A stretch of DNA of 64,000 bases from an uncultured virus (IMG/VR IMGVR_UViG_3300049581_000068) (lineage: Duplodnaviria > Heunggongvirae > Uroviricota > Caudoviricetes), in the IMG/VR virus record IMGVR_UViG_3300049581_000068. The stretch is one strand, 5' to 3'. This document shows positions 20,064 through 31,500 of this stretch, in pieces. The position numbers and the translations under genes are program-made. The number at the start of each line of letters is the position of its first letter. Positions within the stretch are counted from its first letter, which is position 1. Below the pieces are notes generated by a model. It was given only the letters and a program-made list of their open reading frames with translations. It was not told the origin of the DNA and made no database searches.

Positions 20064-20800
20064 AGTAAGGCTCCCATTCTCCGCGGGTGACAGTGACGGT
20101 ACGAGAGACGACACGGACTGTCTCGGCGACTTCGGGGCAGCCCATGGAGATATATGCCTTTCGGACTAACTCTGCAGTGTGATGAACGTCGGCCACGTCG
20201 GTCTGGTAGGCAGCTTTGTCGGATACGACAAGACTTGGGAAGCTGATGAACACGTATCCCCGACCGACGACCTCTACGGCATATTCGTTCTCGGAGTTGA
20301 TCTCTGTCATGCGCCCTCGTTCCTGGTGACCGATGCGCCGCTGCTGACGGTGCCCGACTTGATGTAGTCGAAGAACCGCGACGCGCTGGCCGTGATCGTC
20401 TTGGGGTCGACATGCGCCGCCACGGCCAACTGCACGCACTGCAGGCGCAGTTCCTCGTCGGTCATTTTCGGCTTGGCCGGTTGAGCGAAGCCGCCGCCCA
20501 CTGTGCTGGTGCTGCCGCCGGTGGATGCGGGGTTGGGAGAGCTCATTCGGTTGCCTCGACTTCTACTGTGTGTTGGATGAGGGATTCTGGAACCACGACG
20601 ATTGCTTCGGGCTGCAACGCGTCGAAAGCCTTGGCAGGCAATCTGATAGTGATCTTGACCGCGATCTCATCGAGATTCAGCGATGCTGGCTTCGATTGGG
20701 TGACGCGAGTGATCTTCGCGTTGGTGACGCGCTTGTCGCCCCACTGCAGGCGCTCGGCGCGCACGGTCAGGTAGGCGGTGCCGTCGACTGTGTCGCTCAT
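20053..20800 (-). CDS. Three hypothetical genes (20053-20310, 20307-20546, 20543-20800)
   Basis: Coupled ORFs. Confidence 0.6.
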
Positions 20801-21552
20801 ATCTCCCCTTTGCATTGAAGTGGCGATGATGGCTCTGGACGCCACCATTTGCAGAACGAACAATCATATGGTTTCGCCGGAATCCATTGGTAGGCTTCGG
20901 GATTCTCTTCGACGCGTAGGTCGTTGATGAGCGCGATGGTCGCGTCGCGCCGCGCCAACCCGGCCAGCGCCATCTCACGGCTGTAGTCGGTCTTCCACAG
21001 GTGCATCTTGCTCAGCGTGCCCGCCCGCGGGATGAACGCGATCGCCACCTGCTTGACCGGCAGGCCCGCGTTCTCGAAGCCGAGCCCGTAGAACTGGACC
21101 TGCTGACGGTACACCGGGCCGGGGTCTTTCTTATATGCGGTAAACCGGGTGTAGCCGGGCACCTTCCAGTCGATCACCGTCTGCGTGAGCCGGTCATAGA
21201 CGTCCGATGATCCGGACAGATCCTTGGCGACGTTGACGCGCGACTCCGGTACCCATCGTTCCCAGCCGAGCTCGCCGTTGGCATGCTCGCACGCCGACTC
21301 GAGCCAGGTGTGGGTGGCTACGCCGATGATCGACGGCAACGGGTCGTAGTCGGAGTTCGCCCGCGGCACTTGCATCAGGCCGTAGGCGAGCCGGCGCATG
21401 CAGGGGTGCGCGACGTCGCTGGGGCCGAGCTCAACCTGTCGGTGCCGTGGCGTAGCCTCATGGCGCGCACGGATCATCTGAACGAGATCCTCGCGCAGTT
21501 GATCCTCGGGGATCGCGGTGGCGCCCTCGAAGAACGCTTCGACCGTCGTCAC
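20797..21552 (-). CDS. Cas4-like PD-(D/E)XK exonuclease
   Basis: GPSDVAHPCMRR, GVATH, SGSSD...IDWK, QVQFYG, CSFC...C. Confidence 0.88.
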   Translation of the reverse strand: MTTVEAFFEGATAIPEDQLREDLVQMIRARHEATPRHRQVELGPSDVAHPCMRRLAYGLMQVPRANSDYDPLPSIIGVATHTWLESACEHANGELGWERWVPESRVNVAKDLSGSSDVYDRLTQTVIDWKVPGYTRFTAYKKDPGPVYRQQVQFYGLGFENAGLPVKQVAIAFIPRAGTLSKMHLWKTDYSREMALAGLARRDATIALINDLRVEENPEAYQWIPAKPYDCSFCKWWRPEPSSPLQCKGEI

Positions 21553-22231
21553 GCGCTTTCGGCCCTCTCGGCGGCGCGCGCGCATCGCATGTGCATCAGG
21601 TTGCCATCGAAGAATTCGCAGCAGTCACCTTGCTCAACCTCGTTGCGCTTGTCGCATTCGAGGTAGTGGCAGTAGCCGTCGTACTTCGCACTGAACGGCT
21701 CGGAATGTCGCGACGGTGCGCTTGCCCAGAAGTCAGTCATCGACGACCTCGAAACGTCGCTTCTCGCTGGCGACCTTGTAGGACTCCCAAAGTTCGGGAT
21801 GCTGTTCACGGAATGCCTTAGAGTCGAACCGGTTCTCTTTGAAAGTCGGCCACGACACTGCCATCTCGCCGTCAAGCAGGCCAGCGTCGGCGGTGCCCAT
21901 CGCCTCTTCGACGATGACGCGGGAGCGTTCCTGTATCTCTTTGAATTCGGCGATCTTGCGCTTGCATAGGCGCAGGATCGCGATGTGCCCGCGGACGGAT
22001 TCGAGGTCGATTTCGGTCATGGCGTCACCGTATCGGAGTGGGCCGACAGATTCTTGATCGCTTGCTTCACGCCGTCATCTTTCGGAGTCGGTCGTCGACG
22101 CCCGCCTCGCTGAACGGATCGGCGGCATCGCACGGCGGGCAGAGATTCTCCGTGCAGCGATCGAGCACGCCGGCGGCGACGGTGAAGCTGGCTCCGCAGC
22201 GCGCGCAAAAGAAGGTTTCGGTCAACGGCAT
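21549..22231 (-). CDS. Small hypothetical genes (21549-21740, 21733-22020, 22067-22231)
   Basis: Coupled ORFs; 21733-22020 resembles the C-terminus of YqaJ-type proteins (RFDSKAFREQHPELW). Confidence 0.55.
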
Positions 22232-22237
22232 GGATTC

Positions 22238-22278
22238 ATCATGCGCTGTGACCGGCGCCTCTGTCAAGACCTATGACA
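22238..22278 (-). promoter_or_regulatory. Promoter of the replication operon with operator-like site
   Basis: TTGACA(22262-22267)-18-CATGAT-6 nt-ATG(22231); site TGTCAAGACCTATGACA 22262-22278. Confidence 0.7.
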
Positions 22279-22669
22279 AAGGCCGCGGGGGTGGAGGTTG
22301 AGGGAAGTCAGGCAAGTGAATCGGCTCGATCTGCCGGTCCAGTTGTGCGGCCATATCGCAGATCAGTTTCTCGCGCTCATCCCATCGTTGCTGCACCAGT
22401 CGGTACCACGGCAGCGTTTGGTCGTAGGCCCACGTGCGGAAGTCGGCGAGTTCAAGATCGCGCCGAAGATTGAACTGGTCGTTCATCTTTCGCAGCTCCC
22501 CGCGCACAGTGTCGCTGGTGACCAGCGTGTGCTTTACGCTGGCTTCGTTGACCTCAACCTGGCTTTCGTCGACCTTCGGTTTGCGCCGGTTCTGCGCGTA
22601 GGCAGCCAGTGCGACGACGAGTGCCGTGCCGGTGGCCGCGACCTGCAGGGCTTGGTCAAGCTGAATCAT
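22271..22669 (-). CDS. Single-TM lysis-cassette membrane protein
   Basis: N-terminal TM then coiled region; last gene of the lysis cassette. Confidence 0.65.
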   Translation of the reverse strand: MIQLDQALQVAATGTALVVALAAYAQNRRKPKVDESQVEVNEASVKHTLVTSDTVRGELRKMNDQFNLRRDLELADFRTWAYDQTLPWYRLVQQRWDEREKLICDMAAQLDRQIEPIHLPDFPQPPPPRPLS

Positions 22670-23357
22670 CTGATCCCCGCTCTTGTAGGGATGCGATGGC
22701 TTCGCGGATCAGTGTCTTCTCTTCCCGCTGGAAGCGATGGATGCGTTTGTAGAGCTTCGGAAGAATTGACGCAAACGCAAGACATAGTGTGAGCGTCAGC
22801 CACCCCCCGAGCGAACCGGTCGTCGACTTGAAACTTGTCTGGCTGTAGATCCCCCACGACACTGCCACGGCGAAGCCGCCGCCGATGCTCAGCCAGTAGG
22901 GCAGCGCAATGTCGTCACCGAGAATCTCGCATGTGACATGATCGCGGACCCTGCGCATGATCTGCCACCGGCCGAACCGCGCGCCCAGTAGCGCGCCACA
23001 CAGCACCATCCCCGAGCCCACCGCGAAGCACGTCGCCATCGTGTAGCGGGCGCCGTGGCCCAGCGCCAACACGTTCGACGTCAGCGGCGCACCGGAGAAT
23101 ACGCATGCCGCGTAGCACAGCACACCGATATGCGGCCAGATGTAGTACGGGTGGCGGTCCAACCGGTCCAGCGGATGGTATTCGGGGTGATAGATGGAGA
23201 TGACGTTGACATGCTGCTGAATGGCGCGCTCGGAGATCGCTTCGGCGTACTTTACGTTGCGGGCGTGCCGTGGCCGGAAGCGGAGGATTCCCCACGTTGG
23301 GATGACGATGAACGCCACGACCACCACACAGATCAGGGTTAATCCCCACCACGTCAT
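22656..23357 (-). CDS. Multi-TM membrane protein (lysis cassette)
   Basis: Start MTWWGL; about five hydrophobic segments. Confidence 0.7.
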   Translation of the reverse strand: MTWWGLTLICVVVVAFIVIPTWGILRFRPRHARNVKYAEAISERAIQQHVNVISIYHPEYHPLDRLDRHPYYIWPHIGVLCYAACVFSGAPLTSNVLALGHGARYTMATCFAVGSGMVLCGALLGARFGRWQIMRRVRDHVTCEILGDDIALPYWLSIGGGFAVAVSWGIYSQTSFKSTTGSLGGWLTLTLCLAFASILPKLYKRIHRFQREEKTLIREAIASLQERGSDDSA

Positions 23358-23899
23358 CGCGCGGACTCCAATCTGTCCAGACGCATGCCGATCTGAATCT
23401 TGCGGATGCACTGCGCGCACAGCAGCGCCACTGCGCAGGTCCATGGGATCAGCATCATGCCGGCGAAGATTGTCATGCCGGCATACAGCAGCGGTCCGTC
23501 GTAGGCATAGGCACCGGTCCACGCCGAGACTTCGAACAACACCAGCAGAATGAAGCACGTTGCATGTCCGGTGGCCTGAAAGATCAAGCCCATCCAGTCG
23601 CGAAACAGCAAGCGGTTGCTCATCTCTGCGATGGCCGCACCGCCGTGGCGCATCCATAGGCCGATGATCGGCGCGAGGTTCGCCGGGATGGCCGCCCATA
23701 CCCACAGGTAATACGTTGTCAGCCCCATCGATTCGGAGATCGTCGAAATCGGCGGGAACCAGAACGTCGCCAATATCGCCCATGCCAACCATGCACTGCA
23801 GTAAGGGGCAATGAAGTCTCGGACCGAGTCGCTGTCGAGACGATTGAGCCACCACAACTTCAGCCGGTCGGCTAGCGAAAGCTGACCGGCCGAGGTCAC
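23354..23899 (-). CDS. Four-TM membrane protein (lysis cassette)
   Basis: Four hydrophobic segments; follows holin. Confidence 0.7.
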   Translation of the reverse strand: MTSAGQLSLADRLKLWWLNRLDSDSVRDFIAPYCSAWLAWAILATFWFPPISTISESMGLTTYYLWVWAAIPANLAPIIGLWMRHGGAAIAEMSNRLLFRDWMGLIFQATGHATCFILLVLFEVSAWTGAYAYDGPLLYAGMTIFAGMMLIPWTCAVALLCAQCIRKIQIGMRLDRLESAR

Positions 23900-24171
23900 G
23901 ATACGGTGCCGTTGTGGTCGGTGACTTCGCTGGCGACCGGCGCCGGTTCGACAGCGTTGGTCATCGATGCCGTGCCGGCGCTACCGAGGCCCGCCGATAG
24001 AATGGAGGTAAGGACGGAGATGGCCGTCGCGGTGCCCGCGGCGCTGAACGTCTGTCCCCAATCCAGGCTCATCACGTTGGCGCCGTCTAGCGTCAACACC
24101 GAGAGCAAAACTTGAGCGAACGTCTTGATGGCGCGCTCGAGCGCGTCTTTGAGCCAGGTGATGCTGAACAT
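23896..24171 (-). CDS. Holin (r1t-like)
   Basis: WLKDALERAIKTFAQ...SVLTSILS. Confidence 0.9.
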   Translation of the reverse strand: MFSITWLKDALERAIKTFAQVLLSVLTLDGANVMSLDWGQTFSAAGTATAISVLTSILSAGLGSAGTASMTNAVEPAPVASEVTDHNGTVS

Positions 24172-24249
24172 GGGAGTCCACCTTTCGATTCAGCCTACGA
24201 ACCAAATGGTAGACGCTTCAGTCACTAATCGTGACAGTCGCCAATGGCG

Positions 24250-25611
24250 CTAACGACGGAAGCCGGCGATGATGTCGTAAGCCGCCTGCGGGCCGGTCCG
24301 ACCGCCGTACTCGGGCATCGGCAAATGGTATTCGCCGTGGCGTTGTAGCCCCGGCAGCGCACCGATGAGGCCGATCAGACCGGGGATATTAGCCAGTACA
24401 CCCTGTGGCGCCAAGAGTTTCTCGAGGTCAGCGTCGACCTTCTCGTCACCGGACTTGTTTGCCTGACCGAAGAATTGACTCAGCAGTGAGGTTCCGGTGG
24501 TTAGTCCGGCCATCGCTGCCACGGCGAGCTGCCCAAGCGGCCCGAACAGCCCGAGGAACGGGACGTAATTCATAATGATCGGGACCGCGACACGCAAGAC
24601 GTGCACGAAGAACGGTAGTTCCATCTCGGCTTCGATGATGATGGCGTAGAACGCTGGCCGAATGCTGTCCGACGTCGGGACTATGGCGTAAAAGTCGTTC
24701 TCGGCGAAGATGTTTCGGATCTTGCGCGCCAGCCACGCTGGGCGCGTCTTGCGGGCGATGCCCGTGCCCTCCTTGGAGGGGTTGCCGAACTGGATCACGC
24801 CATTGATGCAGCCGCGCAGAATGCGGAAGATTCCTGGCGACGAGGGTTTCTTGCTTGGGTCGCCGGGATGGACGAAGCCACCGTCACCGAACAGAACCTC
24901 GAGAGCGTCCTCCATGCCGTCCGCGGACTGTGAGTAGCCACTGAACCAGAGTTCGAGTTCGAGATGATCGCCGATCTCTTCGAGCTGAGCATCGGTCAAA
25001 CTGTCGGCGTTCCAGTCCTTTTCGGCGCAGTACGCAGCAGCAAGGCGTAGGGCCTCGGTGACGTCGTTTTTGCTATCGATGGCCTCACGCAGCGCCCGGC
25101 ACTCGTCCCAAGTGACCTCGACATAGGAGAACGTCGGATCACCGCCGAGCGCCCCGAGGTAGCCGCCCTTGATGAAGCCAAGCGGTTGATGGTTGATGTG
25201 CAGATTCTTGCGATTCTGGTCGCCGGGGCGATTGTCAGTGCCGACCATTTCGCCCAGGTCGAATGACGGCCCGATGTTCCAGTCCGCACCTGAGCCCGGT
25301 GCAGTGAAGATGTGAATTTTGCGGTGCGCGACCGGAACCGGCTGTACCGGCTTGGCAATCTCCACAGCGCCGAGCGCGCGTTGTGTGGCTGCGTTGGCGA
25401 CGCCGGTGGCCGGTAGGCCGAGAAACGGCTGAATGTTGAACACCGCGTCGAACGTGGCCTGGTCGTAGCGACCCGACTCGGTGACGCCGAGCTCTTTGGC
25501 TTTCGAGTTCTTCGGGTAGGCGGCTATCAGCCGGTGCTGGATTCGCACGACGGCCGGACCAACATCGTTGAGCCCGTAGCCGATCCACTTTCCTGCGTCG
25601 TCGTGTGCCAT
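24250..25611 (-). CDS. lysB: Lysin B (mycolylarabinogalactan esterase, cutinase-like) with N-terminal peptidoglycan-binding domain
   Basis: GLPATGVANAAT PG-binding motif, GYSQSA nucleophile motif, QFGNP, late His (HGEY); follows lysin A. Confidence 0.88.
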   Translation of the reverse strand: MAHDDAGKWIGYGLNDVGPAVVRIQHRLIAAYPKNSKAKELGVTESGRYDQATFDAVFNIQPFLGLPATGVANAATQRALGAVEIAKPVQPVPVAHRKIHIFTAPGSGADWNIGPSFDLGEMVGTDNRPGDQNRKNLHINHQPLGFIKGGYLGALGGDPTFSYVEVTWDECRALREAIDSKNDVTEALRLAAAYCAEKDWNADSLTDAQLEEIGDHLELELWFSGYSQSADGMEDALEVLFGDGGFVHPGDPSKKPSSPGIFRILRGCINGVIQFGNPSKEGTGIARKTRPAWLARKIRNIFAENDFYAIVPTSDSIRPAFYAIIIEAEMELPFFVHVLRVAVPIIMNYVPFLGLFGPLGQLAVAAMAGLTTGTSLLSQFFGQANKSGDEKVDADLEKLLAPQGVLANIPGLIGLIGALPGLQRHGEYHLPMPEYGGRTGPQAAYDIIAGFRR

Positions 25612-25612
25612 G

Positions 25613-26998
25613 TCAGACGCCTTTCTTCAGGTCGGCGATGGCGTCGACGATCGATTTGTTACCGAGTTGCGACCAGCCGGTGAGGCTGGGGCCGCGTAGC
25701 TGGCGCAGGATCTCGATGTTGATCTCGCGGTCGGTCCAGTCGTCGGGGAAGCGCTTAACCGGCGCCGGCACCGGCGTGGTCGGCACCGGCAGCGGGGTCA
25801 CCGCCGAGCCGCCGTCGAAGAACTTCACATCGCCGACAAAGGTGTCCCACGGGAAATTCGTCCATGGTGAGTTCATCGGGCCGCCGACGTCCTGGTGGTC
25901 GCCGATGCCCAGGCATTTGGTGACGTAGCGGTGATCCGACAAGCCTTGCCGTGCGTTGCCGTATGGCGGCAGGATGACCTCAGTCGAATAGTTGTATTTG
26001 CGCGCGTCCTGCACCATCAGGTACGCCGCGACGCGAATGGCGTTGCGGTACTTGGCGAGCCATTCGTCGCGGCTGAATTCGACGAAGCTGCCGGCGAAGC
26101 AGTAGTTGATGGAGAACACGTTCGCATTGAGCACCGACCAGGAATACAGGTCGGTGTCCACGACGTCGACGACGGTCACCCCGTGGTCGTTGGGGTCTTC
26201 GTGGATCGTGTAGTGGTAGCTCACGGCGCCAGAGCCGCTCGTCGAGCGCAGGAATCGCGACAGGTCGGTGGCGTTGCCGTTGCCCTGCTGCGTGTGCAGG
26301 AACCCGTTCATGGGCGGTCGGCTACGCACCGATGCATGCCCGTAAGTACCGTCAGCGCGGCGGTCCAGTCCGATCTCGTTGATCTCGTTGAAGTCCGGTC
26401 GGTTGTCGGCCACGTCGGGAATCCCTTCGGTATTCGGCATCATCGCATCGCCCATTGCCAGCGCGCGGTTCCATCGATCGAGTCGGTCCGGATAGCCGTT
26501 GGGGGTCTTTCCGTCGATCCATCCGTTAACGCATCGTGACACCGACATGATGTCGGCGGCATCGGCGTAGCCGTTGATCTTGCCCGGCTTCGGCCCGCCG
26601 TTGAGCCAATACCACGACGCGGCAAGGAATCCCCACTTTGGCTGCTCGACCAGCTCGGGTTGATTGACGAACACTTCCGAGTCGGACACATAGCCTTGGG
26701 CCTGACACCACAGTCCGAATCTGCGATAGTTGCTCGACCACGTGAGCTGGATCGGCCCCCGCCCGCGGTAGCGTGTCCGGTCGGCGTCCCACGAAGGATT
26801 GGACGTCTCGATCTCGGCCATGTACTGCAGGCCCAGACTTTCGTGACCAACCTGCGAGTGCCAGGCGGCCGCCCGGCGCGCGGTGGTGCATTGCGCGGCC
26901 AGCATCGCATTGTTGTAGGCCGGTAGCAGCTCGGCGTAACGAGATAAGGGGAGCGAGCCACCCATGACGTCGCTCAAGGATTGTGGCGTCAGAGTCAT
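25613..26998 (-). CDS. lysA: Lysin A: GH19 glycosidase + amidase-2 + C-terminal cell-wall-binding domain
   Basis: GHESLGL, YRGRGPIQLTW, AASWYW; LHTQQG, SYHY, DHQDVG; WTDRE...QLRGP...GWSQLG. Confidence 0.93.
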   Translation of the reverse strand: MTLTPQSLSDVMGGSLPLSRYAELLPAYNNAMLAAQCTTARRAAAWHSQVGHESLGLQYMAEIETSNPSWDADRTRYRGRGPIQLTWSSNYRRFGLWCQAQGYVSDSEVFVNQPELVEQPKWGFLAASWYWLNGGPKPGKINGYADAADIMSVSRCVNGWIDGKTPNGYPDRLDRWNRALAMGDAMMPNTEGIPDVADNRPDFNEINEIGLDRRADGTYGHASVRSRPPMNGFLHTQQGNGNATDLSRFLRSTSGSGAVSYHYTIHEDPNDHGVTVVDVVDTDLYSWSVLNANVFSINYCFAGSFVEFSRDEWLAKYRNAIRVAAYLMVQDARKYNYSTEVILPPYGNARQGLSDHRYVTKCLGIGDHQDVGGPMNSPWTNFPWDTFVGDVKFFDGGSAVTPLPVPTTPVPAPVKRFPDDWTDREINIEILRQLRGPSLTGWSQLGNKSIVDAIADLKKGV

Positions 26999-27102
26999 CC
27001 GAAGTCGGCCAGCCTTGCGTCGAAGAATTCGCTTGTCACGAAGAATGCCACCGCGGCGATGACGACCCCTGCGGCGAGCCCGATACATATGGGCATGAGC
27101 AT
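26995..27102 (-). CDS. Small membrane peptide preceding lysin A (leaderless)
   Basis: MLMPICIGLAAGVVIAAVAFF...; TACGCT(27109-27114)-6 nt-ATG. Confidence 0.55.
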   Translation of the reverse strand: MLMPICIGLAAGVVIAAVAFFVTSEFFDARLADFG

Positions 27103-27129
27103 AAGGTCAGCGTAACACAGGTATTGACG

Positions 27130-28599
27130 CTAGTTTGATACCGTGACCTCGACCGATGAGGCGAGGTATTGGGTGGATCCGCCAGCGCTGGCGGTGATGC
27201 TGCCGCCGGCGAATGATGCCGCGGCGTTGGAGACGTAGATCGCGCCGTCACTAGCGACACCGCTGACTGAACCGGAGTCCAGCGGGTAGATCAGATTGGT
27301 GCCGGTGGGGGTGCCAGTCAGCGTGCCGAAGGTGCTGGTGCGGCGACCGGCGAAGGACACCACTACCGACGAGCCATTGGTGTGCGACAACGGGCTGACT
27401 CCCGGAATCGCGAGGGTCGTCGACTGCCCATTCACCGCGGCAGCGTTGCCTACGCCGATGTTCGATCCGGACAGGATGCACACCAGGCCGAAGTCAGCCG
27501 CGGTTGCTGCCGCAGCGTTTCCGGTGCTTTGTTCGCCACCCGTGGCGATCTTGTAGGCCACGGTGATTGAATCGGCGCCGCCCACTGCGGCCTTGGAGTC
27601 GGGGATCTCGGTGTATCCGGAGGGCAATATGCCATAAGTGGATGAGTCGTCGTTGTAGTACGCCACCAGGATCAGGTCGCCGGCCGTGCAGGTGTAGGTG
27701 GTTCCAGTGATGCCGCCCGAGTACACGAAGAACGGAACGTTGCCCGCTGCTGCTGTGGCTGACGCGTCTTTCTTCCACCCGACCGCCTGGACTACCGCGG
27801 CAGGTGGTGGCGGTGGTTGTGCCGCTGGGACGGTGATGAAATTCGTTGCCCCACCGGCGCGTAACAGATCATTGATGAATCGGATCTCCGCGGCGACCGA
27901 TCCCTCAACGCTGGCGGCGCGCATGTCCATCCACTCGGGGCGCTGGCCGGTGGTGCCAGGGTAGTCCTCCCAGCACGGCCATACCTGCGTGGTGTAGCTG
28001 CCGATGAGCGCGTCGTTGAATTGCTTGACGCTGCCGTCGAGAATGCGGACCACCCCGCGGGTGCCGGTCGGGTCGATCGCCCATTCCAGCAGCACCCAAT
28101 TTCCACCAGGACTTCCGTGACTGTAGCTGCCGTCGCCGTAAGTCGTTGGGGCGCCGGGGTTTGTTCGATATTGAGCGATCGTGCTGTTCTGCGTGTCTAC
28201 GATGTGTGTCGCGGAGTTTGCCGTGTTGCCGCGGCTTGTCCATGCGATGGCACCGACATTGTTTGCTCCCGACGTTCCGCTGCTGACTGTGTCCCAACGG
28301 TGAATTGAGCGTAGGTATCTGCAGTTGCCCAGAAGTTGCTGAATCGGCAGCAAGTACATGGTGCCGGTGCCCACGGCTTTCATTACCATGATCGAATTCA
28401 CAGCGGACGCTTCCAGTTTGGCTGTGGCCGCGCCCGCCAGTGTTCCGACTGTGTGGCCCGAGTCGGTGGTCGGCCCGCCTGATGTGCCGATGGAAGACAC
28501 CGCCGATTTAGTCGGCGTGTACCACGCGAATTCGCTTGGTACACGCCGAGAGCCGCTGCCCTTGAACGGGATCTGGTTAAGCGCAGAACCTATCGGCAT
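27130..28599 (-). CDS. Minor tail protein
   Basis: Position after the fibre; Gly/Thr/Ser-rich beta-type sequence. Confidence 0.7.
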   Translation of the reverse strand: MPIGSALNQIPFKGSGSRRVPSEFAWYTPTKSAVSSIGTSGGPTTDSGHTVGTLAGAATAKLEASAVNSIMVMKAVGTGTMYLLPIQQLLGNCRYLRSIHRWDTVSSGTSGANNVGAIAWTSRGNTANSATHIVDTQNSTIAQYRTNPGAPTTYGDGSYSHGSPGGNWVLLEWAIDPTGTRGVVRILDGSVKQFNDALIGSYTTQVWPCWEDYPGTTGQRPEWMDMRAASVEGSVAAEIRFINDLLRAGGATNFITVPAAQPPPPPAAVVQAVGWKKDASATAAAGNVPFFVYSGGITGTTYTCTAGDLILVAYYNDDSSTYGILPSGYTEIPDSKAAVGGADSITVAYKIATGGEQSTGNAAAATAADFGLVCILSGSNIGVGNAAAVNGQSTTLAIPGVSPLSHTNGSSVVVSFAGRRTSTFGTLTGTPTGTNLIYPLDSGSVSGVASDGAIYVSNAAASFAGGSITASAGGSTQYLASSVEVTVSN

Positions 28600-31500
28600 C
28601 AGTAGCCCTGGTTGTAGGCGCCGAACACGGTGGTGCCGTCGCTGGTCAGGAACACCCGATCCACCTTTCCTGCAACCGGCGTCATAACAGGGGCGCCCGA
28701 GTAGTCCCAACTAACTCCGCTGATGGAGAACGTGCCGCCGCCGGCCCCAGAGGCTTGGGTGAATCGAATCTCGATCGTCTGATCCGCGGCCAGGTTCGTC
28801 ACGGTCACCGCGCAGGCGGTCGATGCTGTCAGGGTGATGGTGAAAATGCTTCCCTGCGAGGCATCTACCGTCGCCGTGGTCGTCTTAGTGCCCAGCGGGA
28901 CGCGGGTTTCCTTGATGACCTGAGTCTTCAAGGCGGGGATCTGGATGCTGCCGGTTCCTGCGGCGACGATCAAGCCATCGCGATTGGTATCGCCCACCAC
29001 ATACAGGCCCGGTGCGTTTCCGGTGGCAGCGTTGTAGGTTCCCCACCTGTTCACCGCCGACGCGGTCGGGGTCAGCTCGAAAATTCCGACGCCGTTGGTG
29101 TCGAGAAGTTGGTTGAACTTGCCGCTGGTGATCGTCTTGTTCGTCAGCGTGTCGGTCGAGCTGATCGTCACCACGTTCACGCCTTCGACGGCCAGGCGTC
29201 CGGCCGCGGCGCGCGATACCGTCGTATCCGATGCGTGACCGAGCTCGATGCTGCCGACGCCCAGCGCAGTCGATGTCGATGCGGTGATGCCCGACACCGG
29301 CAGGCCGGTGCAGTTGGTGAGCGTGCCCGACGATGGGGTGCCCAATGCGCCGCCAGGTGCGACGTAGTCGGTGCCGCCCGTAGCGGTACTCGCCACACCG
29401 GAGGTCACCTTGACGATGCCCGAACCGGTCATCCTCTTGAGCGTCTTACCGCCCGTACCAGAGAACAACGCGATTTCAGAATCAACCGACGACGACGTGT
29501 TGGTCGACGCATCACCGCCGCCGCCACCGGCCACCGTCTGCCAGGAACCATCATCGCGGAGGAACTTCGTCCCATCCGGAGTGCCGGTGATCGACAGGGA
29601 GCTGATAGCGATGTTGGACAACGTGTTCGACGAACCACTGATCGTCTTATTGGTGATGGTTTGGGTGGTCGTCAGGCCAACGTAGGTGTCCGAGGCATCC
29701 GGCCACGCCCAGTTGCGAGTGGCGGTCACGCCGGTCACGTCCAACGTGACGACCTTGCTGGTGTTGGCACCGTCTTGGATGCGAATCTTGCCAGCCCCCG
29801 CCGCCCTCAGACTCATCGATACATCGGTGTCGCTCCCAACTACCTGTAGAACGGGAGTGCCACCGGTCGCCTGGTTGTTGAGTTGGAACCGGTTGACAGC
29901 ACTGGCAACAGCTATCAGGCCGAGGATCTGGTTGCCGTTGGTGTCGTTGATCTGATTCATCCGAGGATTCGTCAGGGTCTTCGCCGTCAACGTCTGAGTA
30001 CCGTCGATTGTCGCAACCGACCCCGCCGCCGTCCCCGCCGTACCCACGATCAGGGTGTCGTCGGTTTTGAGCGTGTCCGCTGCGCTGCGGTACAAGTTGG
30101 TGTCCGTGCCGAAGTAGATACCCTCAGCCGCCGTGCTGGGCGACGTGCCACCGATGTTCAGAACACCGTTGGACCGCGCCACCGGCAGCCCGGTCGCGTT
30201 GAGGGTGATGCGTCGGTTGATATCCCAGGCGTAGGGCAGCTCGTACTCTGCACCGCCACCCTGGTTGCCCCAGCGTGGCGACATAGCCTGAATCGCGGCG
30301 AGATTGATCGACACACCGTTAGTGCTGGTGATCGTCAGCCGCATGTAAGTGTGGCCACTGTGATACGGCTGCCAGAAGAACACCGGGCCGGGATCACCGT
30401 TGGCAGCGACGCCGCTCACGTTAGTGCGCGTCGTCCAGCTCGATCCGTCAGCCGACGACTCGATGAGCACCGTGTGGGCCGGGGTCGTGACACCCGCGTA
30501 GGCGAATCCGATCAGCCACCACTGGCTGTAGCTGAATGCGATGTTGGAGTTGTTCCACGTCCACCGCGCAGCCGTCTTGGTGGTGCCATCCACGATGGCG
30601 ATGTTGTTGAACTGGTTGCCAGAGAAGACAGCCGTGTTCAGCGTATCGCTCGCCCATGAGCCGGTGTACGTCTCAAAGGTGGGTGTGCCCCACATGTAGT
30701 TGAACCGCAGCAGGTCGTGCCACAGGTTCTTTGACGCCGACGCGGAGGTGAACATGTTTTGGCCAGTGCCAGAAGCGTTCGGCGGCACAACAGCAGTGTT
30801 ACTCGGCATCGACGTTGAGATAGAGCCGATGTTGGCAAGGGTGACCGCTCCGGTGTTGTCTACCTTGAACTTTGAGCTGCTGCCCACTTGAAGGTCGAGC
30901 AGGTTCTTGGCACCCGAGCCGGTGGTCGATTCCGTGACGTTAACCAGTGCAGCGGTGTAACCTGCAGTGCTCGTTTGGTTTATGGTTGGGCTAATACTGA
31001 TGCCCGTTGCCAGTCCGGAGGACTGCGTCTGAGATCCGTTGAGGCGCAGCATCGGGGCGGTCGACGAGCCGGTAGCGCAAGTAACGTCGAACCACGCCGA
31101 AGCCCCACCGATGAGCAGGTTCTTGCTGCCAATGCCCAACTGCAGTGCGCGTAGGGTGCCTGTGCCACCGTTTTCGATGTTGAGATTGAAGACGTTGCTC
31201 GACCAGTACATACGAGCGCGCTCATAGTTGGTGGTCTGATCAGCTTGGTTGTGGAACTCAAGCGTGCTTGACTGCGCACCTACCGCAACGCCAGTCAGCG
31301 CAGCAGCCGACAACGTCTTATTGGTCAGCGTTTGAGTGGTCGTCGTACCCACCACAGTGAGGTCGGCGTCGGGGACCGTCCAGGTGCGCGCAGTAGCCGT
31401 GGACACGCCAGAGACGTTGAAGCGCAAGCTCTTAGAGGTATCCGAACCGTCGCGGATTGCTACCGAGCTAGTGCCCTTGGGCGTAAGGAACAGCGGCAAG

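Noticed and set aside
20797..21552. Cas4-like gene as a CRISPR-Cas system
   Set aside because: Solo Cas4-like nucleases near SSB are ordinary phage recombination genes; no array present
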